A DNA stretch of 64,000 nt, from IMG/VR virus record IMGVR_UViG_3300025141_000025, positions 32,001-96,000 of that record. One strand, written 5' to 3'. Both the position numbers and the translations under genes were made by a program. The notes beneath the pieces are model-generated. The model was not told the origin of the DNA and did not search any database. It saw only the letters and a list, made by a program, of their open reading frames with translations. Of this stretch, positions 1 to 9,871 are shown piece after piece (within the stretch, counting starts at the first letter, position 1; every line of letters starts with the position of its first letter). Source of the DNA: a virus.

Positions 1-3000
1 CTTGAATTAAATAAAAGACTTGAAAATAAATCGGCGAACATGTCAGCAGCACCGAAGCTTAATGGTAGAAAATCAACGTGCTGTACCCATGCCTCTGCCC
101 GAAGAGACACCCCGGTTAAACCCATCAGTTTCGTGGGCTTGTATTCTGTTCCGGTTCGTTTTCCTTTTGGTGGATCAAAAACTTTTGAGAAATCGAGGTT
201 TTTTATTTTTGATACTTTTGCAAATAAATTGGCAAGATCTCGTGATCCTGGGTCTCTTTCATTGTAATTAAAATCAACTAAGTCATGCGCAAAAAAATTG
301 CCTGCACAAATTATAGAAAACATTTTTTTACAAAGATGAGAATTTACTTCGTTTGTTAACATTTCCCTTGCCTTGTCAGGTGCAATGGCGGCTTTTATAA
401 ACTGGTGCCCGAATAATCCATTTTTTAATTTAACAGCATCAACTATATTCTCAAACGTCATATCAGGCTGTAAGTTCTTAAAGCTATTTGAATCAATCAA
501 CCTTTCCGCACTAAATGTTTTTGACAAATTTGATCTTGCTGAACTGGAAAATACATCATATGATTTTATTGTTACATCAATCGATGCATACTCAGGTGCT
601 GTATCAAAGCCGTTTATGAGATGAAATTTTGGTAAAATAATTTCCCTGTAAAAATCAGCAGGTAGCCCAATAAATGAAAAAACAACGCTTTCTGATGTGA
701 GGCTTGCAATTTTCGATATTAAAACCTGTATTGCATTCATTTCACCGGTGGTTATTTTGGCATTTCGATAAACAGGGCTATTTTTTGCTTCAAGAACACG
801 TGCCATTCTTTCCTTGGCAATTGTAAGTGAAGAATCAGTAAAGCTAGGAATAAAATTTTCGCCTACTGCGGTTTTTACAAATGTCGTGAAATCAACAAGC
901 TCGTCTCTTGGTGTTACTGATTTTCTTAATTCATTTCCAATAGTAATCAAGCTATTTTGTGAGTCACAGCAATATTTTATAAAGCCTGCATTACTAAGAA
1001 GCAGAGCGAATGGAATTTCACGCTCAAGGGCCAGGTCCGTAAAGATACGCTCAATCGTCCTATAAGTTACGTCATGTACAACAGGGTAACCACTCGAAAC
1101 CACGGTTTGATGGGTTGCGTCCGTTCCCAGTGCTGGAATATTATCGTTATCGTCGTAAGCAGAGGTAAAATCATTTGTCTCTGAACAGTTTATTAAGGTA
1201 TTTAATGCCGAATGTATATTCGTCCCTGGTTCACCGACCAGTTGCAAGTTGAGCCACATCCCGTTGAGTATGTTTGCGACTTCATCGGCCTTCGTTTGGC
1301 TGACGCCGCCGAGGAGGAAGCCGGAGGGGAATGGGTCTCCATATTTCCAGGCCATATCAACCATAGGAATCATTAGATCATGCAACACATCCGATTGGTC
1401 ACGGTCTCCACCGAGGGAGAGGCGGCCCCACCCATGGGTTACTGGGGAAAATTGAAACGCCAGTGCTGCTGCTGTTTCAAAAATCATTCCCATAAGTGTT
1501 CCTGCGTCTAAACCAGATGCTCTGGTGTATCGATTACCATTCAAAAAATTAGATTTCGATGGGCCTGATTTTGCTATTTCGCGAGCTTCTTCATGACATT
1601 CAATAAAAACATCGGCAAGCCTTTTGCATAGGGAAGCCGCGGCGGGAGAAGTCAGGAATTCCGTATATAAGTCCATTATATTGTCTAGACCGGCGCCGTG
1701 TTCGCCACCGGATGACCTCTGTAAAGTCCCTAGATTACCTTCCTTTCCCCACGGTACCGTCATCGTGTTACTTTGGTTGCCCATCCCCTTGGTAACGTGC
1801 TCCAGTCCAGCACAATAAGCCACCATCGCGATGGCAGGTAATTGGCCATTTTCAAAAAAATCAGCGTCATCGGTGCTAAATGCAATAGTATCTGATACTT
1901 CGACACCTTTTTCTTCATGGCCTTTTTTATCAGATGAGGATTTTATTACAAATGTGTCCTGTGGCCCACCATTCTTTTTTACTTTAACTGTCGTAGTCGT
2001 TTCATTTTGTACCCCCGCTACATAATCCGGAGAAGATCCCCACACATTTGAATCAGTCCCTGATAGTTCCTTGTACGCATGTGTACATGCTAGCTTAAAA
2101 AGCATCATTCTTGCCATGTTTGTGTGTGTTTGATGATCATCATTTTCAAAGTGTTCACCGACCTTGGCAAACATTGCCAATTCCTGCAATGCAAAATGTC
2201 CCGAAGCACTGATATTGGTCATGGAGTGGCCTAGTTTTCCAATTGATTCATTAACTTCCTTTAGTATTCTAGTGAAAAGTTTTTTAGGTGTCAAAATTTT
2301 CAGATCATTATCACGATTGTGAAGTTGTTGAAAAAATTCTAAACCTTCTGCAATTTTACTGCTTGCGTTTTGTAAAGATTCATCGTAGTTTGACATTCTA
2401 TTTTTCAACGGGCCTCGGGCTACGGCTTTTGCAAAATAATCTGTTGCGCTCCAAACACCTTTGTTTTTTGCATTACTGGGGATCGGGATCGTATTTCCAT
2501 CGAATATTTTTATTTTTGACCCTTTCGATTGATAGGAAGTTGGATTGCCGCCTGAATCGACTATAAAGATGCTGGACAGGCTTTGGCCGGTGTTGCCAGC
2601 ATGGTCATGATGGTTACCCGGTGAACCCGTGAAAGTTTCCATTACATGTGCCAAAGTGTTGTTTCCGGCAACACCATACTGCTTACCTAATTCTGTGTTA
2701 TCCAGGCGACCCATGCCGGCTGATATCAACATTTCATTAACAAACTGTGTGACCAACATTTTTGAACGTTTTAAAGGTAGCTTTTCTTTCATGTGAAAAA
2801 ATGGAGCGCATTTTGGAATAAACCCAAACGACAAGATCCTGAGTAGTGCCGAGGAGGAGGTGGCGCTGGGGCCTACTCTTACTGTTACAACGCCGGTGCG
2901 ATCATACGGCCCCCCTCTTGTAACAATATCTTTTCCTGTATGCTCATTACTGGGGGTGGTCTTATACGTTGTTTGGGCAGCAATATAAGAACTTTTCTTT

Positions 3001-3854
3001 TTTGTTCCTTTTTGCTGCCCAGCATGAAATAATTTTTTCTTCATTTCAGGGGTTAAATCATAAGAATATCCACGTGTCATATATTCATGAAATGACCTAA
3101 GGTTCATGCCGAGTATTGCTGTGTTCGTCTTTCCCTTTATGTATTCTTCATCCTCGGGGTGGGCTGGGCTGGCACAGATATTTTTGCACATTGTGACGTG
3201 ATCAGTTATGTATGAACCGCCATTTAAATTAAATAAAAACTCATCAAGTCCTCCATACTCTTCCGCAATTTCCCTAGCGTTGAGTGCAATTTGATTAGCG
3301 CCGGTGCCGGGAACAAGGTTTTTGTCAAAATGCCTAACTTCCCTAAGAATAGTATCAAGGGCATTCAGTGTATTTTTAGCAGATACAACATTGTTTTCAA
3401 TTGCCTCTTCAGCAGCCATGACTGCATCAGGGTCTTCTGCTTTTAGCTTTTCAATCAAACTGTTGGAGTATGCTGTTGACACTGCATCTTCAACAACGCA
3501 TGTTTTTAAAATGCTAAGAATAGGAGAATTATGTCCCCCAGAATTGTAAAAATCTAAAGTTCTCGATGTCACCACTGCCAGGGGTTCAGGTCTGTCATTT
3601 ATAAGCCCGACTTTTTCAGCAGGTGTTGAAGATGAATCTTCATTACCACCTTTGTTGCTTTTAGGATTAGGTTCTATGACCTCTATTACATCATCCTCAG
3701 TTTCTCGCGCTTCTTCCTTTGTATTTTTAGTAGGGGATTTATTTACAATTGGTTTTTGATCACGCTTATCAAAAGATTTTTCTTTTGTGGTTGTTTCACC
3801 TGCTTTGTGTTGTGCCTGTGATCCGACATTGGCCTGTATATCTCTTAATGCCAT
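1..3854 (-). CDS. Large hypothetical (probably virion-associated) protein, >1280 aa, 3' end outside window; missed by ORF track
   Basis: ATG at 3854-3852, 10 nt after the previous stop, reads MALRDIQANVGSQAQHKAGETTTKEK. Spot translations near 1250-1450 and at the left edge (..MFADLFSSLLFNS) are open, and the track reports no minus-strand fragments here, consistent with no internal stop. Confidence 0.8.
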   Translation of the reverse strand, partial: MALRDIQANVGSQAQHKAGETTTKEKSFDKRDQKPIVNKSPTKNTKEEARETEDDVIEVIEPNPKSNKGGNEDSSSTPAEKVGLINDRPEPLAVVTSRTLDFYNSGGHNSPILSILKTCVVEDAVSTAYSNSLIEKLKAEDPDAVMAAEEAIENNVVSAKNTLNALDTILREVRHFDKNLVPGTGANQIALNAREIAEEYGGLDEFLFNLNGGSYITDHVTMCKNICASPAHPEDEEYIKGKTNTAILGMNLRSFHEYMTRGYSYDLTPEMKKKLFHAGQQKGTKKKSSYIAAQTTYKTTPSNEHTGKDIVTRGGPYDRTGVVTVRVGPSATSSSALLRILSFGFIPKCAPFFHMKEKLPLKRSKMLVTQFVNEMLISAGMGRLDNTELGKQYGVAGNNTLAHVMETFTGSPGNHHDHAGNTGQSLSSIFIVDSGGNPTSYQSKGSKIKIFDGNTIPIPSNAKNKGVWSATDYFAKAVARGPLKNRMSNYDESLQNASSKIAEGLEFFQQLHNRDNDLKILTPKKLFTRILKEVNESIGKLGHSMTNISASGHFALQELAMFAKVGEHFENDDHQTHTNMARMMLFKLACTHAYKELSGTDSNVWGSSPDYVAGVQNETTTTVKVKKNGGPQDTFVIKSSSDKKGHEEKGVEVSDTIAFSTDDADFFENGQLPAIAMVAYCAGLEHVTKGMGNQSNTMTVPWGKEGNLGTLQRSSGGEHGAGLDNIMDLYTEFLTSPAAASLCKRLADVFIECHEEAREIAKSGPSKSNFLNGNRYTRASGLDAGTLMGMIFETAAALAFQFSPVTHGWGRLSLGGDRDQSDVLHDLMIPMVDMAWKYGDPFPSGFLLGGVSQTKADEVANILNGMWLNLQLVGEPGTNIHSALNTLINCSETNDFTSAYDDNDNIPALGTDATHQTVVSSGYPVVHDVTYRTIERIFTDLALEREIPFALLLSNAGFIKYCCDSQNSLITIGNELRKSVTPRDELVDFTTFVKTAVGENFIPSFTDSSLTIAKERMARVLEAKNSPVYRNAKITTGEMNAIQVLISKIASLTSESVVFSFIGLPADFYREIILPKFHLINGFDTAPEYASIDVTIKSYDVFSSSARSNLSKTFSAERLIDSNSFKNLQPDMTFENIVDAVKLKNGLFGHQFIKAAIAPDKAREMLTNEVNSHLCKKMFSIICAGNFFAHDLVDFNYNERDPGSRDLANLFAKVSKIKNLDFSKVFDPPKGKRTGTEYKPTKLMGLTGVSLRAEAWVQHVDFLPLSFGAADMFADLFSSLLFNS

Positions 3855-3864
3855 AATTTAATTC

Positions 3865-6800
3865 CTAAAATATGCTCTTGAATCCAAACGCCGAGCCAAG
3901 GCCCGGATTACTATTGTTCGCTGCACTGTTATCGGCTTCATAATCTGTGTAATTTTCATTCACGTCCATTTGTAAACCTGCATTTTGTGCTGCAGGTGCA
4001 TTTGCTGCCTGCGCTGTGGGCTGAACTGAATCCGTGAAGGCATTTGCAGCTGCACTTACATTTACATTATTTCCAATATTATTAAAGGCGGAACCTGCCG
4101 TCACTGATACATTCGTATATGGTGATGACAATACATCACCTCCAAAATTTGGTAAATTCACTTTAGTTGCCTCGTTACCAGGCCCAAATAATGCTGATCC
4201 AATATTTTGTAATCCACTAACTAAGGAGTGGTCAATGTTAGCGTAATCAAATACGGTAGGATTAATTTGAGGTGTCGGTTTACTAAGGTGGTTCTCGAGA
4301 TGTTGTGACAGCGCGCTCAGTGCGTCACCTGTTCCATCGCCACCATCATGCTCTTTTGGTGGCATGATTTTTTTATGTTGCCCGCGGGCGGGAGCAACAG
4401 GAATAATTTTGCTTTTTTTACCAAAAGAACCAAAAATTGCACCTACAATCATATTTTCAGGAATAGAAAATGTTTTTTGCTGGGAAGCAGTTGGTGAAGG
4501 CCCTAATTTTTCATCTGAATAGGTCACAGGTGTCACAAAATAAGATTTTGTTCCAACATCCCGATGGTACCTGGTATCCTTAAACGTGTATGAATTTATG
4601 GATTTGGCTGCTGACACAGATCCTAGTAGATTTTTTTCTCCTTCAAAAGTACAATACACTAAAAAATAAGAAATGTCTGCAGTGTCGCCTGTCATTGACC
4701 ACTTTAGCATATTAAAATTAACATCTTCAATTATATCAAAGGCACCAACTTTTCCTATGCTTTTTGGTATTTGTGCATTCAATACAAATTCAAAACCTAA
4801 TTGAGATTCTGAAATTATTTGTTCCATTGAAACGCCATTCTTGATGTCTGACTCAGAAGGAAGAACGCCCATTCTGTCGTATATAAAACGACTAAACCTG
4901 GCCGCCTTTTTTTGGATTTCCTTTCCGAATTTATTAATCAAGCCTACGTTAGTGGTTTGTAAAAACGTCGCCGGATCTTGTAGGCAAACCTTAAAAATAT
5001 AAGAATATTTTTTTCCAGGTTCCAACGGTGAAACGCCCGCCAATTTTTGCGTTTCAGCATTGTCTGAAAAATCTGTTGTGGGATGTATACCAAACGTCTC
5101 TTTTCTTCCTGTTGTGACATCAAACCTTTCAATCAAAAATAAAACAAACTGCCGAGCTTTAATGTCGTCTTTTTGAAGTTCAGCAACAAATTGATCAGAG
5201 ATTCCTGCATCTTGCAGCGCTTTCTTTACAGTGTTGAATAAATTATCCACCTCGGCGGCATTTATTTTGAAGTTAACACTAATCCCATTTTGACCTTGAA
5301 CTGTCTGCGGCTGATCTATGGACAAAAGAACTGGAAGTTTTTGTGCCGCTGGTTTACGACAAACGATTATTTCATCTTCATCTGACATTATCTCTTGTGA
5401 CATTGCGGGTATCTGCAGTCTTGTTCCTGCTCGATACGCACAAAAATATCGATATTTTCTGCCATGAATGGCATTTAAATCCATAAAATGCACAGTACGC
5501 TTTCCATTACCCACGATGACCAACGGTTGTTGACCCTTTTGTGGTGGAACTTCGACCACTGTGTCAGAAAATTCTCCAAATTTTCCTATTTCTTGACGCA
5601 AAAGCCTCAAAGACAAAGTTTTGTCATTTAACGATTTCACGGTAATTTTTATTGCGCCACCTGAGTTTGATGCCAGTATACTGATCGGAATTGCCGTTGA
5701 TGAAAGTGGATCGCTAACTTTTTTAAAGCTTGGCAGGACAACTGAGGTGAACTCGCCCAAACTTTCATCAAAATTAACAACAGCAACCCTATAGATAAAT
5801 TGATTAGGTTTTACATTAGAAATAACATCATCAAAATTTATCACACCCTCACTATTAAATGAGTGTGTTCCCATATCTTTTATTTCATCTTTTTTCAGCG
5901 CTGGATTTTTTCTAATTCTTAGAATATGACATGCGACAAGTGTAGGGTCATCTTTTAAAATTCTAATTTTAACCCTGCGATAATTGACATATACCACAGA
6001 AACATTTGGAGGTTCCGGATTTAGAAGCCAGTTGGCAAGTGATTCTTGGTGTTCAATAGTTACTTTTTTTCTTTTAGTGCTAAGACTAAATTCACTTTCA
6101 GCACCTTTCACATTTCTATTATTTTTTATAAGAGCCGCTATCTGCACATAAATTTTTTGATACCCGTACACCTGCGCCTTGGAAAGAAAAAAATCCTGTG
6201 ACATCAATCTTTTTGTTGGCACTAAGCTAATGGCTGTGGCACCTGATTTTGTATTTCCGATAGAATTTGTGTCATCTTGTCGGGTAATTAAATTGTCTTG
6301 ACTCCCCTGTCTTTTGTTTCGTAAATCATATCTTAGATTTTTTATGCTGATTCCTGATTGGGGAGACGCAGTGGCTACCCGAGGTGGTAAACCATACTCA
6401 CCTTGTAAGCCTGCATCACTATAGGCGCTAAGTGACATTGCTGTTGCCAAACCTATTGTTGCATAATTTCCTTTGGAGGCTAGCTCCGCAGGATCCCTGT
6501 TGTTTATCCATGCTGTGTTTGAAACAGTCTCAAATCCTGGCTGGGGAGGTGCGTTTTCGGTATTCGGTACAGACATCTCGTCAGGAAGTGCTTTTCTTCC
6601 TCCTTGAGTAGACATTAATACACGTTTTTCACCCCCAGCAAATCCGGTAAGTGAAACGAATCCACCACGTTTAGGAAGTTTTGTAATTTTTTTATTAACT
6701 AAATCGTGACTAGGAAAAATTATTGTTGCTGTTTCAATTGCATCATTTTCAAAAAGGTTATTTGTATCAGGATCATCCAAAAAAAATAAAAACCTAACAC

Positions 6801-7017
6801 CAGCCACACCCTGGAGTTCTGCCATCCTTTGATTTACAACAAATTCAGAATTATAAACATAGTTACCCTGACTTTTTAAAGCAGCGGCTACCACACCTTT
6901 TTCTTCTGTCTCATTTATTATATCTTTTAGGCCAAAAGCAGGCTGACCTATTGCAAATTCAAAAAATGAACCAAGAGAAACATCACGTTTTTTTACTTTT
7001 ACTGAAGATATGCCCAT
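3865..7017 (-). CDS. Hypothetical virion structural protein (1050 aa), possible Ig/Fn3-like beta modules, low-complexity N/A-rich C-terminus
   Basis: Long ORF in a structural operon; YxYRV / YxYxV patterns reminiscent of Fn3-like strands. Confidence 0.6.
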   Translation of the reverse strand: MGISSVKVKKRDVSLGSFFEFAIGQPAFGLKDIINETEEKGVVAAALKSQGNYVYNSEFVVNQRMAELQGVAGVRFLFFLDDPDTNNLFENDAIETATIIFPSHDLVNKKITKLPKRGGFVSLTGFAGGEKRVLMSTQGGRKALPDEMSVPNTENAPPQPGFETVSNTAWINNRDPAELASKGNYATIGLATAMSLSAYSDAGLQGEYGLPPRVATASPQSGISIKNLRYDLRNKRQGSQDNLITRQDDTNSIGNTKSGATAISLVPTKRLMSQDFFLSKAQVYGYQKIYVQIAALIKNNRNVKGAESEFSLSTKRKKVTIEHQESLANWLLNPEPPNVSVVYVNYRRVKIRILKDDPTLVACHILRIRKNPALKKDEIKDMGTHSFNSEGVINFDDVISNVKPNQFIYRVAVVNFDESLGEFTSVVLPSFKKVSDPLSSTAIPISILASNSGGAIKITVKSLNDKTLSLRLLRQEIGKFGEFSDTVVEVPPQKGQQPLVIVGNGKRTVHFMDLNAIHGRKYRYFCAYRAGTRLQIPAMSQEIMSDEDEIIVCRKPAAQKLPVLLSIDQPQTVQGQNGISVNFKINAAEVDNLFNTVKKALQDAGISDQFVAELQKDDIKARQFVLFLIERFDVTTGRKETFGIHPTTDFSDNAETQKLAGVSPLEPGKKYSYIFKVCLQDPATFLQTTNVGLINKFGKEIQKKAARFSRFIYDRMGVLPSESDIKNGVSMEQIISESQLGFEFVLNAQIPKSIGKVGAFDIIEDVNFNMLKWSMTGDTADISYFLVYCTFEGEKNLLGSVSAAKSINSYTFKDTRYHRDVGTKSYFVTPVTYSDEKLGPSPTASQQKTFSIPENMIVGAIFGSFGKKSKIIPVAPARGQHKKIMPPKEHDGGDGTGDALSALSQHLENHLSKPTPQINPTVFDYANIDHSLVSGLQNIGSALFGPGNEATKVNLPNFGGDVLSSPYTNVSVTAGSAFNNIGNNVNVSAAANAFTDSVQPTAQAANAPAAQNAGLQMDVNENYTDYEADNSAANNSNPGLGSAFGFKSIF

Positions 7018-7027
7018 GTTAATACCC

Positions 7028-7987
7028 CTAATCCATTACGACAGTAAAAACATTGCAAAACGTCTCAGCACCAAATTTATCACGCAATATTTTACCTATA
7101 AAAAACACTCTAATTCCTGGACTTAATGGATCATCATCTATAAATTCTCCAAAATCTATAATTGATAGTTTATCAATGCCGGAAACATCTTGTTCAAAAA
7201 ATTGCACCACTAAATTATTCGACCTGGATGTTTTGCTAAAAGTAAATTCGCGATGTTGTTTGCCTTTTAGCGATGCTAAAATACCGTCTAGGGTGATAAT
7301 TTCTTTTTCATTTAATTTTGGATAATTTCCAATTTTATTCCCAATATCAGTACCGGGAATTGGCTTATTTACCGGAGGTAAATATTTGAAATTTGGAAAA
7401 TGCGAAAAACGCCTATCATTAAAAATGCTTGGTATTTCATCTAAAAACACTTTTCCTGTGCTGTCCGCACGGAAAAAATCTTTAAAGTTCTCGGTCGCTG
7501 TAAATGTACCTGTCACAGGAGATATAACAACCTCCTGATAAAGCGAAAACTCGTCTGTCGTTCCAATGATTCTTTGGTCAGTGAAATTTGTTGTTATCCC
7601 TTCTAGCATTGCCTCCATGGCGGGGCCTATATCACTTCCTGACAGGACGTTTGGTCTGTCGCTCATTCCTTCTGTAAAAGTGCCTGAAGCGATTGTGCCA
7701 CCCATGATCTCAAAATCAGATGTCCTAAACGGTCGTAGAGAATACCCTGCCTCCAACTCAGGTACTATTACATCCTGGTACCTGTTGTATGTCTCAAAAT
7801 ATATTTTGCTTGAGGCATCATCAGCTAAGCTGGGATTTAATAGACTTCCCGACGTCGTATAATTTGCATGCAAATCCGTGAAGGAGGCGAATCGGATTCT
7901 CATTTCTCCGGTGCCTGCTTGACGTTTTCCTTCCTGCGTAACTGTAAAATCCATTACGCGTTCTTTATTGTCTAATATTCCTGCCAT
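7028..7987 (-). CDS. Tail/baseplate structural protein with tail-collar-fibre-like N-terminus
   Basis: N-terminal DFTVTQEGKRQAGTGEMRIRFASFTD resembles the LTxxGRxxLAxxxxxITxxAxGD pattern of phage tail-collar/baseplate-attachment domains; first gene after the late motif. Confidence 0.55.
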   Translation of the reverse strand: MAGILDNKERVMDFTVTQEGKRQAGTGEMRIRFASFTDLHANYTTSGSLLNPSLADDASSKIYFETYNRYQDVIVPELEAGYSLRPFRTSDFEIMGGTIASGTFTEGMSDRPNVLSGSDIGPAMEAMLEGITTNFTDQRIIGTTDEFSLYQEVVISPVTGTFTATENFKDFFRADSTGKVFLDEIPSIFNDRRFSHFPNFKYLPPVNKPIPGTDIGNKIGNYPKLNEKEIITLDGILASLKGKQHREFTFSKTSRSNNLVVQFFEQDVSGIDKLSIIDFGEFIDDDPLSPGIRVFFIGKILRDKFGAETFCNVFTVVMD

Positions 7988-7991
7988 CTTT

Positions 7992-8001
7992 ACTAAATAT
8001 C
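7992..8001 (-). promoter_or_regulatory. Putative phage late promoter GATATTTAGT (copy 1)
   Basis: Exact 10-mer 4 nt upstream of ATG 7987; identical copies at 21801-21810 and 56109-56118, all intergenic and ahead of structural operons. Confidence 0.65.
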
Positions 8002-8054
8002 AACATAGTTCGGTTCAAAAAATGTGTGATGTTATAAATTGCCCGCCGGCGGGA

Positions 8055-9074
8055 TCAATCTTCAACACTTATTACTTTCGATATCTTATTTGTATCCACA
8101 CCAGACACAGTTGTATATTGAAACTCATGCGCGCCCATGTCATTTGGGGTTGCGGCGGCATTAATGCCATTTACTTTTTTTGAGTATTTCCATGTAACAG
8201 ACCCACTAGTAATGTCTGTTGTCCTAGACGAACCATTGGCGGCTCCTAAACAGGGAGATCCATTTTCTAATCTAAAGCTACTAGAATTGATCAGAGGGTC
8301 GGTCTCAATGTCACCTGTACCGGCACCACCATAAAAATTTCCGTTTGTGGCGCCATCACTTCCTGAGACACAGTTATAGGTGTGAGTGTCAGCCCTAATT
8401 CCAGCAGCCTTTATGTGATGAAAAGGGTCAGCTACAATACAATATTTCACTGTCCCAAGCGTTGCAACTATTCCGTAGCCGCCAGCGCCTTCGCCAAAAC
8501 ACGAATTGTATACAGTGCAGTGTGTGACGGTTGTCCCTTGTTGTGTTGCTGCAATTCCGTCGTGTTGAATATCGTATATAAGACAATTATCAATAGCAAC
8601 GGGCTGCACACCAGCACTGATGGCCCGTGAAGATGTGCCCCTCACATTATAAATGGTACAATCGCTGATTATACTACCACTCTTTGGTCCAGTAATTGCG
8701 TGATCGGTCAGGTTGTGAAGGGTACAATTTTTTATGTGTACTACCCTGATACCTGCAACTGAGATTAAGCCGGCGCCGCTTGTTGCTGTTCCATCATAAT
8801 CTGTAATTGTGAGGTCTTCTATAACCCAATTATTATAAAACTTTATCGCGCAATCTAGGGTGCCGCCGCCATCGAGAGTGGGTGTGTATTTATTTCCATT
8901 AGAATCCGTTCCCGCTCTTATCGTGAGATCAGCAGTAATCTTTGAAAGGTTACCCTCATTGTAGGTACCGCTATCTTGTATTTCTATTATGTCATATCTA
9001 TTAGCAGCAGCTAGCGCGGTTGCGATTGTTGTATAATCACCAGAACCATCCTGCTTTACGACACGAATGGCCAT
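8055..9074 (-). CDS. Right-handed beta-helix (pectin-lyase/pectinesterase-like) protein, tailspike/depolymerase-like
   Basis: VKQDGSGDYTTIATAL..SGTYNE pectinesterase-type N-terminus, repeated IxNCxIxN rungs, C-terminal FRLENGSPCLGA..DMGAHEF. Confidence 0.75.
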   Translation of the reverse strand: MAIRVVKQDGSGDYTTIATALAAANRYDIIEIQDSGTYNEGNLSKITADLTIRAGTDSNGNKYTPTLDGGGTLDCAIKFYNNWVIEDLTITDYDGTATSGAGLISVAGIRVVHIKNCTLHNLTDHAITGPKSGSIISDCTIYNVRGTSSRAISAGVQPVAIDNCLIYDIQHDGIAATQQGTTVTHCTVYNSCFGEGAGGYGIVATLGTVKYCIVADPFHHIKAAGIRADTHTYNCVSGSDGATNGNFYGGAGTGDIETDPLINSSSFRLENGSPCLGAANGSSRTTDITSGSVTWKYSKKVNGINAAATPNDMGAHEFQYTTVSGVDTNKISKVISVED

Positions 9075-9862
9075 TATGAAATTTCAACCCATGTGGAATC
9101 AGGATTAAAATAAAGCAACATGTCCCTGGTGTGTGTGTCTAGACAGTAGCCAACTATTCTAACAAAATCATTAGCACCGCTTGGCGCTGTAAATGCATAT
9201 TCGCCAGCTGTTGTTGACACAAAAACAGGATATCCCACTGCTGCTGTTCCGTTTATTAAAGTGGAAGAAATTCTAACAAACCCTTTTAGTAGCATGCCGT
9301 GATCGGTTGGACTAGTTCCCATGGCCACGCCTAAAAACTGACTTCCTCCGGATGATGTGGCATTGGCATTGGCATCAGCCCAAGAACCGTCCGTGTGCAA
9401 ATAATAAAGTTCACCAGCCACCGTGGTTCCGGTGCCGTACTTTAAAATATCGCCGCCCCCTTCACCACCTGTCAGTTGATTTTCAAAAGTTGTTGCATTA
9501 TAATCGTGCACAACATCCAAAGAGGTTTTGGCGGCTCCGGAGGTTGAAATTCCGACTGAACCCGTCGTGAAAATTTTTCCGACTGCTGCCTCCGTGAACA
9601 ATGAGCTGCCGCCGACGCCTGCACCAGATCCGACTTCGGAACCTGCCCACATTAGTGTGCCGTTTTCGTTATAGAGCCTGTGATCTGTTTTTGTGGGTGC
9701 TGCCTTGGGTGGGATTGAAATAGCAGCGTCCTTCAGCATGTCTGTAGGTAATCCTACCTGTATTCCATTTGGAAACACAACTTTGAGAACACGATTGTCC
9801 TTTTTACTTCTAAGGACAATTTTATCTTCCTGTACAACCTTGTCTAGTTCTATCTTTGGCAT
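9074..9862 (-). CDS. Tail-fibre-like virion protein
   Basis: Fibre motifs (LYNENGTLMW, IFTTGSVGIST) and a C-terminal GxPVFVSTTAG..TAPSGANDFVRIVGY domain typical of phage fibre/cement proteins. Confidence 0.6.
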   Translation of the reverse strand: MPKIELDKVVQEDKIVLRSKKDNRVLKVVFPNGIQVGLPTDMLKDAAISIPPKAAPTKTDHRLYNENGTLMWAGSEVGSGAGVGGSSLFTEAAVGKIFTTGSVGISTSGAAKTSLDVVHDYNATTFENQLTGGEGGGDILKYGTGTTVAGELYYLHTDGSWADANANATSSGGSQFLGVAMGTSPTDHGMLLKGFVRISSTLINGTAAVGYPVFVSTTAGEYAFTAPSGANDFVRIVGYCLDTHTRDMLLYFNPDSTWVEIS

Positions 9863-9871
9863 TTTTACATC

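Noticed and set aside
8042-8053. CCCGCCGGCGGG palindrome as an intrinsic terminator
   Set aside because: Only a 4-bp stem with a feasible loop and no immediate U-tract; too weak to call.
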